Part shown: one piece after another, positions 1 to 12,500 of the stretch
Position numbering within the stretch: the first letter of the stretch is position 1
How the letters are laid out: each line of letters opens with the position of its first letter
IMG/VR virus record: IMGVR_UViG_3300035703_002708
From: a virus
Lineage: Duplodnaviria; Caudoviricetes
Direction: 5' to 3' (one strand)
Length of the DNA stretch: 64,000 bases
The notes under the pieces: model-generated
The model's input: the letters and a program-made list of their open reading frames with translations, nothing else
Databases searched by the model: none
Told to the model about the DNA's origin: nothing
Translations under genes and position numbers: made by a program

Positions 1-222
1 TACCTCGTCAGTAGATTGCGGTTTTTTCTTTTTTGATAAAATTTTTGATATAAGAGATTTAACTTTTGGACTATCTTTTTTTTCGAAGTCTATTTTTCTG
101 TCTTTTTTTCTTGATTCTGTTAAAGTTTCTTCTACAGAATAATACAAAGAAATTTTGTCTCCCTTATCTTTTAGGTAGAAATAATATGGTGAACTATAAT
201 ATTCTTGATTATAATTTATCAT
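1..222 (-). CDS. Hypothetical phage protein, N-terminal part only (runs off the left edge)
   Basis: Not in ORF track. ATG at 222-220 opens a frame with no stop to base 1 (MINYNQEYYSSPYYFYLKDKGDKISLYYSVEETLTESRKKDRKIDFEKK...). A TATTTAT motif (240-234) lies 11 nt upstream on the same strand. Confidence 0.75.
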   Translation of the reverse strand, partial: MINYNQEYYSSPYYFYLKDKGDKISLYYSVEETLTESRKKDRKIDFEKKDSPKVKSLISKILSKKKKPQSTDEV

Positions 223-233
223 GGTTTTTTACA

Positions 234-260
234 ATAAATACTATGATATCGTGTATTTAT
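234..260. promoter_or_regulatory. Back-to-back TATTTAT motifs between divergent genes (candidate phage promoters)
   Basis: ATAAATA at 234-240 faces the minus-strand gene; TATTTAT at 254-260 faces the plus-strand gene at 276. Confidence 0.55.
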
Positions 261-275
261 CTATAAAAAAATAGA

Positions 276-3200
276 ATGGCTCAACAAAACATTAACCAAT
301 TTGTTTTTAAGAAGTTTTATGTAAGTCCCCATTTTTTGAGTTTGACCGATATCTCGTTAGCATCCGATGAATTGGACTTTAACGAGGAGGTGGTTTTTTC
401 ACCTTATTTGATTGCTCAGACCTACGGGAACCGTCTGCCATTCTATTTTGATTTAAGTTCGACAGGAACAACTCAACAACCGATTTTGACTTATGGTAAT
501 TATGACACCTCAAATGTTATAGTTTCTGAAAATTATTATAATCCCGAAAATTTAGATTTAAGTTGTTTTACGGCACAAACCGCATGTGATATAGGACTTA
601 CAGGTATAGACAATGGTCTTGTAACGGGAATGACTGGACAGTCCATCACATTTACAAATGGATTATTAGATGATTCACAAAAATTTGATAGATTAAGTTT
701 TGATAGAAGATTAAAACTTTTTCAAGTTACGGGATATACCTCACAAAATATTCAATTTTCAGGTATAACAGGTAGAACACTTTTTGAGATAGTTTCTAAA
801 ACAGGAACAACCGAAGGATATTACCAAGAACTATACGGAGGTTTTTATCAAGGTTTTTACAAATTATTTGGTTACGACTATGATATCTTTCCAAGTAGAA
901 TGAATAAAGGTTGGGCGGTTGAAATGGTATTGAAACCCCGACTTTCCAACGAATATGCTCCATCTTCAGGAGAAACAACACTTAACGAAATTTATCCTGA
1001 TAACAAAAATACATTTTTTTATTTTGGTACAAGGGCTGAAAATAAATTTGGTCATCACGCATCAGGAAGTCCCGCATCTGATAGTGGATATACAAGAGTA
1101 ACACAAGGATTAGAAACTTGTTTGAAAACTTGTGCGTGTGCTGATACAGGAGTAACAAATTCTAGATGTGTTGATGTTTATGAGCCATCAGGAGAAACAA
1201 TTGTTCATAACGTAAATTGTAATTGTGGTTGTAATAACGCAACTATCGAAAATACTCCTGACAAAGACCCACTTTTAGATTCAATCTCAAACGCAATTTC
1301 TTTTAGATTATGTGGTGATGATGAATCAAATCCAAAAATTGGTGTAAGAATACTCAGATATACAGGTGGATGTGAAACTACAGGAAGTTGTGATACATCT
1401 GGTATTACATACACAACAGGATATACTGTTGATGAATATTGTAGTGAAAATGGAATTTACGATTATTGTTTGACCAAAAATTCGGCTTACACAAATTCTG
1501 AACATTGGTTTTTGGTTGATATTGTGTGGGAACGTTATACATGGCTAGACACCTGTGATTTATTTTACAGAGGTGGGTTAGGCGACATATCAAAATTTGT
1601 CTATTTAGATTCGTTAGCGAATAATTCAGTTTACCTAATTGAACCTCCAGCAACTAAAAGCGGAGCAACTCCACCTGAACAAATAGAAATCGTAAGATTA
1701 AATGAGAAGTGGTTATTGGATAAACAGTACCGTATGGGTAGATTAAAAATCTACGTAAATGGTAAAATATTCTATACGGTAGAAGATGTTGAGGAGATTA
1801 TACCGAGAGCACTTGACACATATAAAGAAAGACAACTTGGTGTTCCTTTTAATATATCGTGGGGTGGTGGTACGATTGGTCTACGAGAAAATTTAACGTT
1901 TTCAGCATGTCCGACTGGAACTACCAATGTTTACATTCAAGACCCTGAATTATTTCCTAATAATGTTTTAAGTGCCACTTCATTATCATCACTTACTACA
2001 AACATTTTAATCGAACCTAATTTTGCAGGTACCTTTGATGGGGGTATCTCACAATTCAGAATGTATGTTTCTCCCTTATCGGCTCCGGAAGTAAAACATA
2101 ATTTTGAATTACTAAAAACAAAATTTAGTTTATTCAATCCTGATTGTCCTAATTGTAATATTACATGTTTGGAAGATGATTTTACGTACACAATCTTTCC
2201 AACACCAACGCCAACAAATACTCCGACAAACACTATAACACCAACCGAAACGGTAACACCTACAGCCACACCAACGCCCACTAAGACTTTAACACAAACA
2301 CCAACAAACACAGTAACACCATCGGTAACCAAAACAGTAACTCCATCTATAACTTTAACAAAATCGTTACCTGTAACACCAATTTCGACAAATACACCAA
2401 CAAAAACATCAACACCAACTAATACTGTCACTAAAACTTCTCAACCTACAGTTACTCCAACACCAACAATTTCTTTAACCTCAACTCCTGAACCAACCCC
2501 TATTCCTACCTCAACTACAACAAAATCACCGACCCCTACCAACACAATAACTAAAACTTCGATTGTTGAGGAAACTAATACGCCAACACCAACTATTTCT
2601 TTAACCTCAACTCCTGAATCAACACCTATTCCCACTTCAACTACAACCAAATCACCAACACCAACAAATACGATAACTAATACTACAACTATAACTAACA
2701 CACAAACAATCACATCGTTACCAACATCAACACCTGAAAGAACTCCTCTACCAACAAGCACTCCAACAAAAACACCAACAACTACCGTAACAATAACCCC
2801 TACGATAACTCAAACCAGTACAACAACAAAAACACCAACGGCTACAAATACTCAGACTCCTACAATTACAAAAACATTAAGTCAGACACCCACAATTACA
2901 AATACAGCAACTATAACATTATCTCAAACCCCTACCGAAACTCAAACTCCAACAGTTACAAAAACAAGCACTCAAACCCCGACAACAACTATAACTCAAA
3001 CAAGTACTCAAACACCAACCAAAACAGAAACACCAACAGTAACTCAAACTCCAACAGTAACTCAAACTCCAACAACAACGCCGACAGTTACTAAAACCCA
3101 AACAACAACACCGACAGTAACTAAAACCCAAACTCAAACACAAACCGTTACTAATACCGTAACCTCTTCAATCACGCCAACACGCACTCCCAAAAATACA

Positions 3201-5264
3201 TCTTTACCAACAAGTACCCCTACAAGAACTCAAACTCAGACGGCAACTGTTACCGCGACAAATACTGTTACTCCAACTGTAACAACCACAATTACAAAAA
3301 CCCCAACTCAAACTGTTACCACTACTAAGACACAAACTCAAACACCAACTGTAACAAAAACTCAAACTCAAACTCAGACGCCAACAAAAACTCAAACTCA
3401 AACACCGACAATAACAAAAACAAATACTCAAACACAAACACCTACCAAAACGGTTACATCAACACCAACTGTTACCTCAACTATTACACCATCTATAACT
3501 CAAACAAAAACACCTCCAAACACTCCTTTACCGACTAACACCCCGACTAAGACAACGACACAAACACCTACCACCACACAAACTCAAACTCAAACGTCAA
3601 CAGTAACTCAAACAGTTACTACGACACCAACTTTGACATCAACAGTAACCTCAACAGTAACACAAACAGTTACTAACACAGTTACACCGACACCAACAAA
3701 TACAGTTACACCAACGGTTACCACAACCCCAACGGTTACAAAAACCCCAACATCGACAGTTACTCAAACTATTACTAATACACAAACCGTAACATTAACT
3801 AAATCAAATACTCCGACATTAACATCAACATTCGGTAAAACTCCTTTACCGTCAAACACACCAACAAAAACTAGTACTCAAACGCCAACTGTGACCTCAA
3901 CTGTTACAACAACCCCTACAATAACTAAAACAACAACTCCAAGCCAATCTATTACTCCGACTAACACTCCTACAAGTACTTTAACTCCAACCGTAACCAA
4001 AACTGTTACTGTTTCACCAACAGTCACTATTACACCATCTATAACTCCAAGTCAAAGAGCGAGTATTTTAGCGGATGTATTGTGTAATTGTTCAGGTAAC
4101 ACAACTAGAAACATTTACGTATTCTATGATGGTTCAGGGTCTTACGAGGATTCACTATTGCAAGATGTATCTTTAAGTGTGAGGATGTGGTATTCAGGTC
4201 TTACAACAAATAGTGGTTGGACAGGTAACTTATATGAAATGGTAATTTGGGACGAGAGATGGATTTCATGGCCGATTTATCCAATAATTGGAAGTTTGTC
4301 GGGGGGTAGTGTTGGTGCCACCTATATAAGTAATGATTCTTTATTATATAGTGGTATAACAAATGATACTGTTGTTAAACAAACTATAAATAATGGATAT
4401 GAATTTGGAAATTTTGGTGTTAGCGACCCATACGGTTCTCAAGGTGTTCCATTCAATAAATCTGAACTTACAAACTTTAGTACTTCGGGTAATTTCACCC
4501 CTGAAACAGATAGTTTTATATCTATATGTGTAATTAATGAATCTTCACCTGTTTATACACAAACAGGTTCCACTTTGTCTAGTGGAAACACAGGTAATTT
4601 ACCCACAACATTCTATATAAATCAAACGGGTGTTCAGAAAGATTACAACAATTACTTGACGGCTTGGAGTTATTTCACAAATACATTAGGTAAAAACTTG
4701 AATAATTTATTATTCGTAAATCCTAACGGTAATTTGATTGAGGGATTCCAAACAATTGAAGCTCAATCATTCCAATTTATATTTGAATCTTTGGCAATAA
4801 TTGAAGGCCAAACAAGGTCGTCAAGTTATTTCTCAAATTATAACTTCAACGGAGGTGTATGGCCGAATATAAATTCTGAATTAGGTAATGATTGGACATT
4901 TGTCACATTACAAACAGTAAATCCTTTTAGTACATATACAAGTTTAACGGGATACACATCACTCAATGTGGTAAATCAGAATGGTGCGGGATTAATTAAC
5001 TTTGATTGGAGAATCGACCCAACAGTAACTGACTTCAGTTCTAACACAATTCAAAATTCATTTAATAGATTCTTCAGTGGTGATAGTAGTGAATGTTTAT
5101 ATACCGACTCACCTTTACCGCCTCTGTCTATTGGTAATGCGGTTAAATTATCGGGTATAACAGGTTGTTGGGAATATAGAGGGGTTCAAGAAAGTTCAGT
5201 AGTTAGGACACCAATTTCTGTAACGGGTTCAACATCTACCAATTGCTCTTCTTGTACTCCATGA
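276..5264 (+). CDS. Large mucin-like virion-type protein: LamG/ConA-like N-terminal region, Thr/Pro tract, vWA-like C-terminal domain
   Basis: 1662 aa. [22 protein letters not shown] resembles the LamG C-terminal motif. About 600 codons of TPT repeats (~2200-4050). [10 protein letters not shown] is a MIDAS-like motif. No signal peptide or TM segment seen. Confidence 0.7.
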   Translation: MAQQNINQFVFKKFYVSPHFLSLTDISLASDELDFNEEVVFSPYLIAQTYGNRLPFYFDLSSTGTTQQPILTYGNYDTSNVIVSENYYNPENLDLSCFTAQTACDIGLTGIDNGLVTGMTGQSITFTNGLLDDSQKFDRLSFDRRLKLFQVTGYTSQNIQFSGITGRTLFEIVSKTGTTEGYYQELYGGFYQGFYKLFGYDYDIFPSRMNKGWAVEMVLKPRLSNEYAPSSGETTLNEIYPDNKNTFFYFGTRAENKFGHHASGSPASDSGYTRVTQGLETCLKTCACADTGVTNSRCVDVYEPSGETIVHNVNCNCGCNNATIENTPDKDPLLDSISNAISFRLCGDDESNPKIGVRILRYTGGCETTGSCDTSGITYTTGYTVDEYCSENGIYDYCLTKNSAYTNSEHWFLVDIVWERYTWLDTCDLFYRGGLGDISKFVYLDSLANNSVYLIEPPATKSGATPPEQIEIVRLNEKWLLDKQYRMGRLKIYVNGKIFYTVEDVEEIIPRALDTYKERQLGVPFNISWGGGTIGLRENLTFSACPTGTTNVYIQDPELFPNNVLSATSLSSLTTNILIEPNFAGTFDGGISQFRMYVSPLSAPEVKHNFELLKTKFSLFNPDCPNCNITCLEDDFTYTIFPTPTPTNTPTNTITPTETVTPTATPTPTKTLTQTPTNTVTPSVTKTVTPSITLTKSLPVTPISTNTPTKTSTPTNTVTKTSQPTVTPTPTISLTSTPEPTPIPTSTTTKSPTPTNTITKTSIVEETNTPTPTISLTSTPESTPIPTSTTTKSPTPTNTITNTTTITNTQTITSLPTSTPERTPLPTSTPTKTPTTTVTITPTITQTSTTTKTPTATNTQTPTITKTLSQTPTITNTATITLSQTPTETQTPTVTKTSTQTPTTTITQTSTQTPTKTETPTVTQTPTVTQTPTTTPTVTKTQTTTPTVTKTQTQTQTVTNTVTSSITPTRTPKNTSLPTSTPTRTQTQTATVTATNTVTPTVTTTITKTPTQTVTTTKTQTQTPTVTKTQTQTQTPTKTQTQTPTITKTNTQTQTPTKTVTSTPTVTSTITPSITQTKTPPNTPLPTNTPTKTTTQTPTTTQTQTQTSTVTQTVTTTPTLTSTVTSTVTQTVTNTVTPTPTNTVTPTVTTTPTVTKTPTSTVTQTITNTQTVTLTKSNTPTLTSTFGKTPLPSNTPTKTSTQTPTVTSTVTTTPTITKTTTPSQSITPTNTPTSTLTPTVTKTVTVSPTVTITPSITPSQRASILADVLCNCSGNTTRNIYVFYDGSGSYEDSLLQDVSLSVRMWYSGLTTNSGWTGNLYEMVIWDERWISWPIYPIIGSLSGGSVGATYISNDSLLYSGITNDTVVKQTINNGYEFGNFGVSDPYGSQGVPFNKSELTNFSTSGNFTPETDSFISICVINESSPVYTQTGSTLSSGNTGNLPTTFYINQTGVQKDYNNYLTAWSYFTNTLGKNLNNLLFVNPNGNLIEGFQTIEAQSFQFIFESLAIIEGQTRSSSYFSNYNFNGGVWPNINSELGNDWTFVTLQTVNPFSTYTSLTGYTSLNVVNQNGAGLINFDWRIDPTVTDFSSNTIQNSFNRFFSGDSSECLYTDSPLPPLSIGNAVKLSGITGCWEYRGVQESSVVRTPISVTGSTSTNCSSCTP
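2200..4050 (+). repeat. Thr/Pro-rich low-complexity coding tract, including a ~126-nt-period direct duplication (~2454-2690)
   Basis: [13 protein letters not shown](P/S)[19 protein letters not shown] occurs twice; the rest is degenerate TPT/TQT/TKT repeats. Confidence 0.9.
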
Positions 5265-5290
5265 TATTTATATTGTAAAATATAATTATC

Positions 5291-8200
5291 ATGTTAACCC
5301 CTACTCCAACGACCCCACAAAATGTGTACATTCCATACGTGTTTCTTGATTGTCGTACATCAAGTTTCGAAAAAGTATTTAACATAATATACTCATCATT
5401 CAATACTGGCGATATAGTTTCCTATGACGATGGTGGTGGGTCAAAGTGTTATTTTTTGACTTCTTCAACAGGTTCTACTGTTGGTGTGCATAATTTTGAC
5501 AATCCTGAGTATACAAGTGGGGATTGTTCAACATGTATGTCAGCATATTGTGATTCGATGGCCGCATATGACTTTGTAAGTTGTTGTACAAATGATTTAG
5601 ATAACTTAATAACATACGGTATATATTTACCAAATTTTTCCGCAGGTACTGAAGTTATAGTTGACCCTGATTCGGGGGATTATTACCGTATTTATAGCGC
5701 ATCTTCAAAAGGATATTCGTATTGTTTCGAGACTCCTAATTATAATTCATGTGTTGACGCTTATATTGCAAATAATAGACTACCTGAATGTGATAGTGTA
5801 ATAGTAAGAAGAGCTTTTAATTGTTGTTCTGGTGAAACCACACAACAAATATTTGTGGCTACCAATTTGGAAAGTGGGGACACATTTTCTTTTTCGGGAC
5901 AGTGTTGGACTGTCGGTCTCACTGGTTCAACTACTCCGATAACATTAATAAGTAGTGGTGAAACCATATACTCATCTTGCACTGATTGTTTAAATCAAAC
6001 AAAATTTGTTTATAACATCTCTAATTGTAATACAAGTATTGGTTATAGACCTGTTTGTTTTAACGAAGAATTAACGGTTGGTCAGTCATATTTGATGGAT
6101 GTTTCCATTGGTACAGGGCAGACATTTTCATCAACTTGTTTTAATGTAATAGATAGAGAGGATGATTGTACTTCTTGTTTTGAGAACAATAATTATGGTC
6201 AAATTTTGTATGAGGGGTTTCCTAGTTGTAATATGTGTGTTAACGGACCTACACCTACACCAACACCAACCATAACTCAAACATCTATGGGTTATATTTT
6301 GAATCAATATTCTTTCCAAATTACAGGTTTAACCGCGAGTACTGGTTCTACTTTATTTTTGGATATTAACAATGAACCTATTTCATCAGTAACTAATAAT
6401 TCTGTGGTTATACGAATAAACTATTTGGATATTTACGGTAATAATAAAATATCTAATTATTCTTCTTTTACGGGTCTAACTGATTTATATATTAAAATCG
6501 AACAGGGGGATAGTTACGTGACATTTTTTTTATCTGACGGTAGTTTATTAGAAATCGACCCTGTTAATAATAATATTAAAATCGACGGTTATAATAACCC
6601 CACAGATGTGATATTGTTAGATTACAACCTTGGTAAATTTGACAATAGACAGTTTGTTGACATTTATTTTGGAAGTTCTGTACCAAGTGAAACCTGTTTT
6701 GGTGTAATCGACACAGTTCAGGCAACAATACCTAATGGATATGATAGAATATTAATGGATGTGGGAGATGGTGCTTTTTATGGGTTTGAACCGGCACAAT
6801 TTTTTTTGGAAAATTCTTATTTATTAAATGGTAATGGGGTTCCTGTTGCCACTTCCGAAACACCGGGTATTTGGATGGCAACTATGGGAAATCCTGGTCC
6901 TCTAAGTAGGGTTGGAGTTAAGCGGGATTTTACAGAAATCGAGGTTGTTGGTTGCAATTGGTGGGGGATTAGTAGATGTATTAATACACCCGTATCTAAA
7001 TATTATTTTATAGGTGTCAGTGGTGATAACAATTGGAGATTATATTTAGATAATCAAAAATTAGTTGACACATCATTACTTTCACCGTGCGGTCCATCAC
7101 AATCAGGCGTTGTGGGTTGTGCATCATCGTTCTCCCTACCGGATTATCCGTTCGAAAGGTGGAGGGTTTACCAAGTTTTTTTGGAGGCCGGTTTCCATGT
7201 TATACAGGTAGTTAATCAAGATTGTAACGGTACCACAAGTTTAGGGTTTGAAATATATGATAATACTCTTGAGGAGTTATTAGGTGCTCAACAGTTAACT
7301 GATTTGAATATATTATTCACAACTAAGTTTTATAGAGATTTAATTGAAACTGGGGCGACTTTGTTTTTTGATGTTGTTATAAACAGGCAAACTAATCAAT
7401 ACACACAGAACGGTTATGGTTGTCCAAGTGGTTATACATACGGTTGTGGAAATTGCTATACATTTGGTAACATACCTTGCCCGACAATTACCCCGACTAA
7501 CACCCCTACAATAACCCCGAGTCCGACTATTACCCCAACCCAAACACCCACTAAAACTCTGACACCAACAAGAACACCGACACCAACACCGACCAAGAGA
7601 CCGATGATGTGTTTTGAGGTTGGTACCGATTATGCACCCTTTACAGGTGCTTGCTCAGAATTTAGTTCTGGTTCTATAAATGGTAAACCATATTGGTATC
7701 TACCCACCATAACTTGTGTTCATAATCAAATTTATAGGGTCGTGTGGAGTATAGTTAATAATAGGTGGGAACTAATAGATGGTAGTAATGTTGTATATTT
7801 TTACTTAAACTCACAATCAGAATACCCGGTTAGTACTCTTGCTAATCCGTGGGTTCGGATTGCGCCATTAGTCCCTCAAATGACAACATTCCCTATATCG
7901 TCTTCAATAGGGTTATGTGGGGCACCATCATTCAATATTGAACTACAACTATCCGACCCTTGGAGTGCGGTTACAGGAACAACATCGATTCTTGATAATT
8001 TTGGTGAGACTATTTTAGATATAAATGGGACTGACCTTCAAATTATCGGTAGTACAGTTGATATAAAGTATACTGGAGGTACGGTCGCGGAATGGGATAG
8101 ATTCGATGATTTAGTCAAATATACAGGGTCCACAGGAAAATATTTTTCAATACAACAGGATTCGTCATATGTAGTTTTTTTCATATCAGGCAGTTCTATA

Positions 8201-9217
8201 TTCTCATTAGACAGTGTTTCTAGAACTTTTAGTATGGATGGTGTAACATATAAAGACCAAATTATTATAGTTGATTCTGGTAACACGTCATTCATAAGCG
8301 GAAAAACGGTCAACATTAGTTTCGATTCTTATTACCCTAATATTGTTTATCCAACACCAACCCCAACTAAAACCAATCCAAGACCACCACTACCAACCTC
8401 AACTCCGACTAAGACAATAAAACCAACAACAACACCAACTAAAACTATAACTCAGACTAAAACTCCAACTAAGACTATAAATGTAACAAAAACTCCTGAC
8501 TCTACAAATTTACCAACTTCTACACCAACTAAGACAATAAAACCAACATCTACACCAACCAAAACTGTAACGCAAACAAAAACACAAACAAGTACAATAA
8601 AACAAACTTCTACACCAAAATCAACCAATATACCGACTAACACACCAACCAAAACTGTTAGACCGTCTCAAACTCCAACTAAAACAAATACACCGACAAG
8701 AACTCAAACCTCAACACCAAAGTCAAGTAATACACCACAAAAAACTAACTTACCAACATCTACCCCTACAAAAACTAAAACATTAACTCCAAGTCGTACT
8801 TTTACCGGTGTCACAATAACACCAACGGTAACTAAAACCAAAACCCCAACCAAAAGTGTTGCTCAGACTCAGTTACCTTCTAACACTCCAACAAAAACGG
8901 TTACCCCGACCAAATGTTGTAGCGGATGGAATTTGTATGGTGGAACAATGTGTGACTTCGTAGCTTTCCAAGTGCAAGGATGTAATGGAACTACATACAT
9001 AAAAGACATGAAGAGATTTCAAACCGATGTTGTTTGTGCTTATAATGTGACAATTTTATCACAAGGATGTAGTGCGTCCGCTTATGTGTCAAGTCAATGC
9101 AGTTGTCCTTCACCTACACCAACAAATACGCAGACACCAACACCCACATTAACCAAAACCCCAAAATCAACTCCTTTACCAACAGGTACACCAACTAAAA
9201 CACCAACAAAATCTTAA
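5291..9217 (+). CDS. Cys-rich / Thr-Pro-rich protein with PA14-like domain
   Basis: 1308 aa. Four N-terminal Cys modules ending in CxxC-type motifs. PA14-like segment GVSGDNNWRLYLDNQKLVD...VFLEAGFHVIQV (~7000-7260). Internal duplicated domain (IEQGDSYVTFFLSDGS / IQQDSSYVVFFISGSS). PT tracts. Confidence 0.65.
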   Translation: MLTPTPTTPQNVYIPYVFLDCRTSSFEKVFNIIYSSFNTGDIVSYDDGGGSKCYFLTSSTGSTVGVHNFDNPEYTSGDCSTCMSAYCDSMAAYDFVSCCTNDLDNLITYGIYLPNFSAGTEVIVDPDSGDYYRIYSASSKGYSYCFETPNYNSCVDAYIANNRLPECDSVIVRRAFNCCSGETTQQIFVATNLESGDTFSFSGQCWTVGLTGSTTPITLISSGETIYSSCTDCLNQTKFVYNISNCNTSIGYRPVCFNEELTVGQSYLMDVSIGTGQTFSSTCFNVIDREDDCTSCFENNNYGQILYEGFPSCNMCVNGPTPTPTPTITQTSMGYILNQYSFQITGLTASTGSTLFLDINNEPISSVTNNSVVIRINYLDIYGNNKISNYSSFTGLTDLYIKIEQGDSYVTFFLSDGSLLEIDPVNNNIKIDGYNNPTDVILLDYNLGKFDNRQFVDIYFGSSVPSETCFGVIDTVQATIPNGYDRILMDVGDGAFYGFEPAQFFLENSYLLNGNGVPVATSETPGIWMATMGNPGPLSRVGVKRDFTEIEVVGCNWWGISRCINTPVSKYYFIGVSGDNNWRLYLDNQKLVDTSLLSPCGPSQSGVVGCASSFSLPDYPFERWRVYQVFLEAGFHVIQVVNQDCNGTTSLGFEIYDNTLEELLGAQQLTDLNILFTTKFYRDLIETGATLFFDVVINRQTNQYTQNGYGCPSGYTYGCGNCYTFGNIPCPTITPTNTPTITPSPTITPTQTPTKTLTPTRTPTPTPTKRPMMCFEVGTDYAPFTGACSEFSSGSINGKPYWYLPTITCVHNQIYRVVWSIVNNRWELIDGSNVVYFYLNSQSEYPVSTLANPWVRIAPLVPQMTTFPISSSIGLCGAPSFNIELQLSDPWSAVTGTTSILDNFGETILDINGTDLQIIGSTVDIKYTGGTVAEWDRFDDLVKYTGSTGKYFSIQQDSSYVVFFISGSSIFSLDSVSRTFSMDGVTYKDQIIIVDSGNTSFISGKTVNISFDSYYPNIVYPTPTPTKTNPRPPLPTSTPTKTIKPTTTPTKTITQTKTPTKTINVTKTPDSTNLPTSTPTKTIKPTSTPTKTVTQTKTQTSTIKQTSTPKSTNIPTNTPTKTVRPSQTPTKTNTPTRTQTSTPKSSNTPQKTNLPTSTPTKTKTLTPSRTFTGVTITPTVTKTKTPTKSVAQTQLPSNTPTKTVTPTKCCSGWNLYGGTMCDFVAFQVQGCNGTTYIKDMKRFQTDVVCAYNVTILSQGCSASAYVSSQCSCPSPTPTNTQTPTPTLTKTPKSTPLPTGTPTKTPTKS

Positions 9218-9220
9218 ATT

Positions 9221-9433
9221 ATGGCCGTAGTAGAAATATATAGTAATAACTTTAGTGGACAACAAGTAAACATAGTATTTACTCCAACTAACAGTGCTGA
9301 ATCATATGGATTAGGTACGCAAACTATACCCTTCTTATTTGATACGTCAAGTATTAATAATAATATTGATATATATGGCAAATATAGTATATCACCACTT
9401 AATTCTAATTGCTCTTATATATTAGTTATATAA
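9221..9433 (+). CDS. Small hypothetical beta-rich protein (70 aa)
   Basis: ATG 3 nt after the upstream stop; normal phage-like composition. Confidence 0.7.
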   Translation: MAVVEIYSNNFSGQQVNIVFTPTNSAESYGLGTQTIPFLFDTSSINNNIDIYGKYSISPLNSNCSYILVI

Positions 9434-9566
9434 TATTTTATATAAACTGGTTAACTAGTATGCAATTTATAAAATTTTTTTCTAGTAAAGTAAACAGAAA
9501 AATTTTTATACAGAATAAAAAATGATGACTTATAATTTAAATTAAAAAGGTGGTGTATTTATCGGT

Positions 9567-12500
9567 ATGTGTGAATTAATATTGACTGGTCTTACATATA
9601 GTTGTGGACCTTACACAATAGATTTATGTGATTGTCAAGGTGGTAATTGTATTAAGATTATTGTCACACCCGACGTTGGAAATCTAACGGGTACAATCAC
9701 ATATCCTGATGGTTCTTCAGAAACCTATGAAAATGGTATTATTGATATTAATATACCAGAGGGGTATTCTGAGGACGATTGTATTATATTCACAGTTTTC
9801 AATAGCGATGGTGAACCCGTTGTTGACAAACCTGAACCACCAAATTTTAGTCAAACACCAACGCCAGGTTTAACACCCACACCAACCAAAACAATCAACT
9901 ACGTAGAACCTCCTAGACCCGGTGGAGGTGGCCCTGGTATTGTATTGGATTTTCCTTCACAGACCCCAACACTAACCCCAACTCCTTCGCCGGCAACCCC
10001 AACCCCTACAGTAAGTCTAACTAACACCCCAACAGTTACAGTCACTACGACATTAACTCAGACTATGACTGTAACCCCGACCGTTACTCCAACACCTTTA
10101 ACCCCAAATTTAGGATTCAGTTCTTGTTGTGACAATAGTTTTTTTTCATTAAAAGAGGAAACTCAATTTATTTCCACTTTAGACCCAACAAAAACATATT
10201 ACATTCAAACCAATGAATTTGTAGGATGTGTTACAATAGTAAGTCAAAGACCGACAGATTTTTTTGAATTTATATCTATAAGTTCGGGATATGTTGATTG
10301 TGTCGATTGTTTATCGGCAACAACTGGAAACAATTTTTGTCCGACCCAAACTCCAACGCCAACAATAACAATCACACCAACGAGACCAATTAAGGCATTC
10401 AAAGATTGTTGTGAAAACATATACATAGGTTTAACTGAAGAGTCTGAATTATTATATTCTTTAGACCCAAATAAGTCTTATTATTTGGTCACTGATGGGT
10501 ATTCAGGTTGTACAACTATAGTTAATGAACAACCAACCTTATATTATAATTTTGTATCTATTTTAGAATACAATGATTGTGATTTATGTAGGATAGATAA
10601 AGTGGGGGTAATATGTCCTTCACCAACACCAACCGTAACTTCAACCCCTACTGTTACACCTACGGTAACACCTACTATAACATCAACCCCAACTATAACA
10701 CCGACAATTACTCCAACTTTTGTAGAAAAGTTTTGTTATGAGTTAAGTGCTTGTACCACAAACCTTGTTTATAGTGGTTGTTCTCCCTTATCTCTTAATT
10801 TAGATAAAACTTATCAAATACTTTTAGATATTGACGAGGGTAGTCGAAACACCAAACTACAAACAGGTACAGGATTTAATGGTTCTGTATTTACAGTTGA
10901 ATATCAAAACGATAACAAAATACTTGTTGGTGGTAACTTTAGCCAATATAACGGCCTGTCAACGTCAAATGAGATAATAAGACTAAACCAAGATGGTTCG
11001 ATTGACAATACATTTAACTATGCCGGCCCATCATATGTCTATATAAATGATATTGTCGAACAAAATGATGGTAAAATCCTTGTAGGGTTAGGTCAAGTTT
11101 TTGGTAATAGCGGTAATATACTACAAAGACTAAATTCAGACGGGTCACTCGATGGTACATTTACGCCACTGACGTGTCCGAACGGAGGTGCAATTTCAAA
11201 AATATTAATACTACCCGATAGTACAATTGTAATTGGAGGAACATTTAATAACCCAAACTCCACATTCTTCCATAAATTAATAAGACTTTTTCCTGATGGT
11301 AGTGTTGACCCATTTTTTGGGACTGGTGGTTTTTTACCTAATTTAGGTGTCGAATCTGTTTATGATGTTGATGTTTTGAGTGATGGTACACTGATATGTG
11401 TCGGTTCATTTTCTGAGTACAAATTTATATCAGCAAACAAAATTGTTCCGATTTTACCTAACGGAACTATAAATGTTGGTTTTTCATATGGGTCAGGATT
11501 TGATGACGATGTTTACGCTGTAAAAGTATTAAACGACGACTCAATTCTTGTGGGTGGTAAATTTACCCAATACAATGGAACATCATCAAGTTGTGTTATA
11601 AAATTACTTTCCGATGGTTCAATAGATACGTCTTTTGTTGTTGGTAGTGGTTTTTCTGGTGGAGTTGTTTATGACATAACAGTAGATACTTCAGGTGATT
11701 ACATATTCGTTGGAGATTTTACTGATTATAAAAATCAAACGGCTAATGGAATTATAAAATTAGATTCTAATGGAGATATTGTAACAACCTTTGTTACTGG
11801 AATTGGATTAGACAATACAGGATATAAAATTGATGTTAATTCTGACGGTTCTGAAATTATAGTTGGAGGTATATTCTCAAGTTACAATAATTGTGTTAAT
11901 AACAATTTAGTATCAATTATAAACTCGGTTACAAGTGTAACCGATTGTTTTACGATTATTAATAGTGGGTCATGTTCTTGTTGTCAAAACACTATAGTTA
12001 GTGCAAGTACCGAATACATAAATTGTAATGATTGTTTAGTATTAACACCAACACCGACACCAACACCGACAATAACACCAACAAATACTAAGACGCAGAC
12101 TATTACACCTACAATATCTGTAACCAAAACTGTAACAAGAACATTAAACCCAACAAGAACCCCAACACATACACCAACTCCTACCGTTACACCAACTAAT
12201 CTTATTCCAATATTCTCATCTTGTTGCGGAACCATTAATATCCAATTCACCGACCCTAACGTTGCGTTAGGTTTAACAATTGGTGAGTTTTATTTCGTTG
12301 AGGCCGATTCATACTCTGCCTGTACACTACTAACGTTGGGTTATCCTAACCTTATTTTGGATACTGCAACAGGTGTTACAACAGTTACTGATTGTGTAAC
12401 TTGTATTACCGATTATCTTCCAAGTGGTATTTGTCCGACCCCTACACAAACACCAACAAGTACACTAACTCCAACCCCAACTATATTACCAATCGTTTTG

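Noticed and set aside
66-266. Plus-strand 66-aa ORF in the track
   Set aside because: It is the shadow of a better minus-strand gene (1..222), has a Phe/Leu-rich antisense composition, and overlaps the divergent promoter region.
5255-5300. Possible readthrough joining the 1662-aa and 1308-aa ORFs
   Set aside because: The ORFs are in different frames and a TATTTAT motif plus a clear ATG lie between them.
9468-9510. Imperfect inverted repeat in the 133-nt gap before the giant ORF
   Set aside because: Almost entirely A/T and mismatched; expected by chance.
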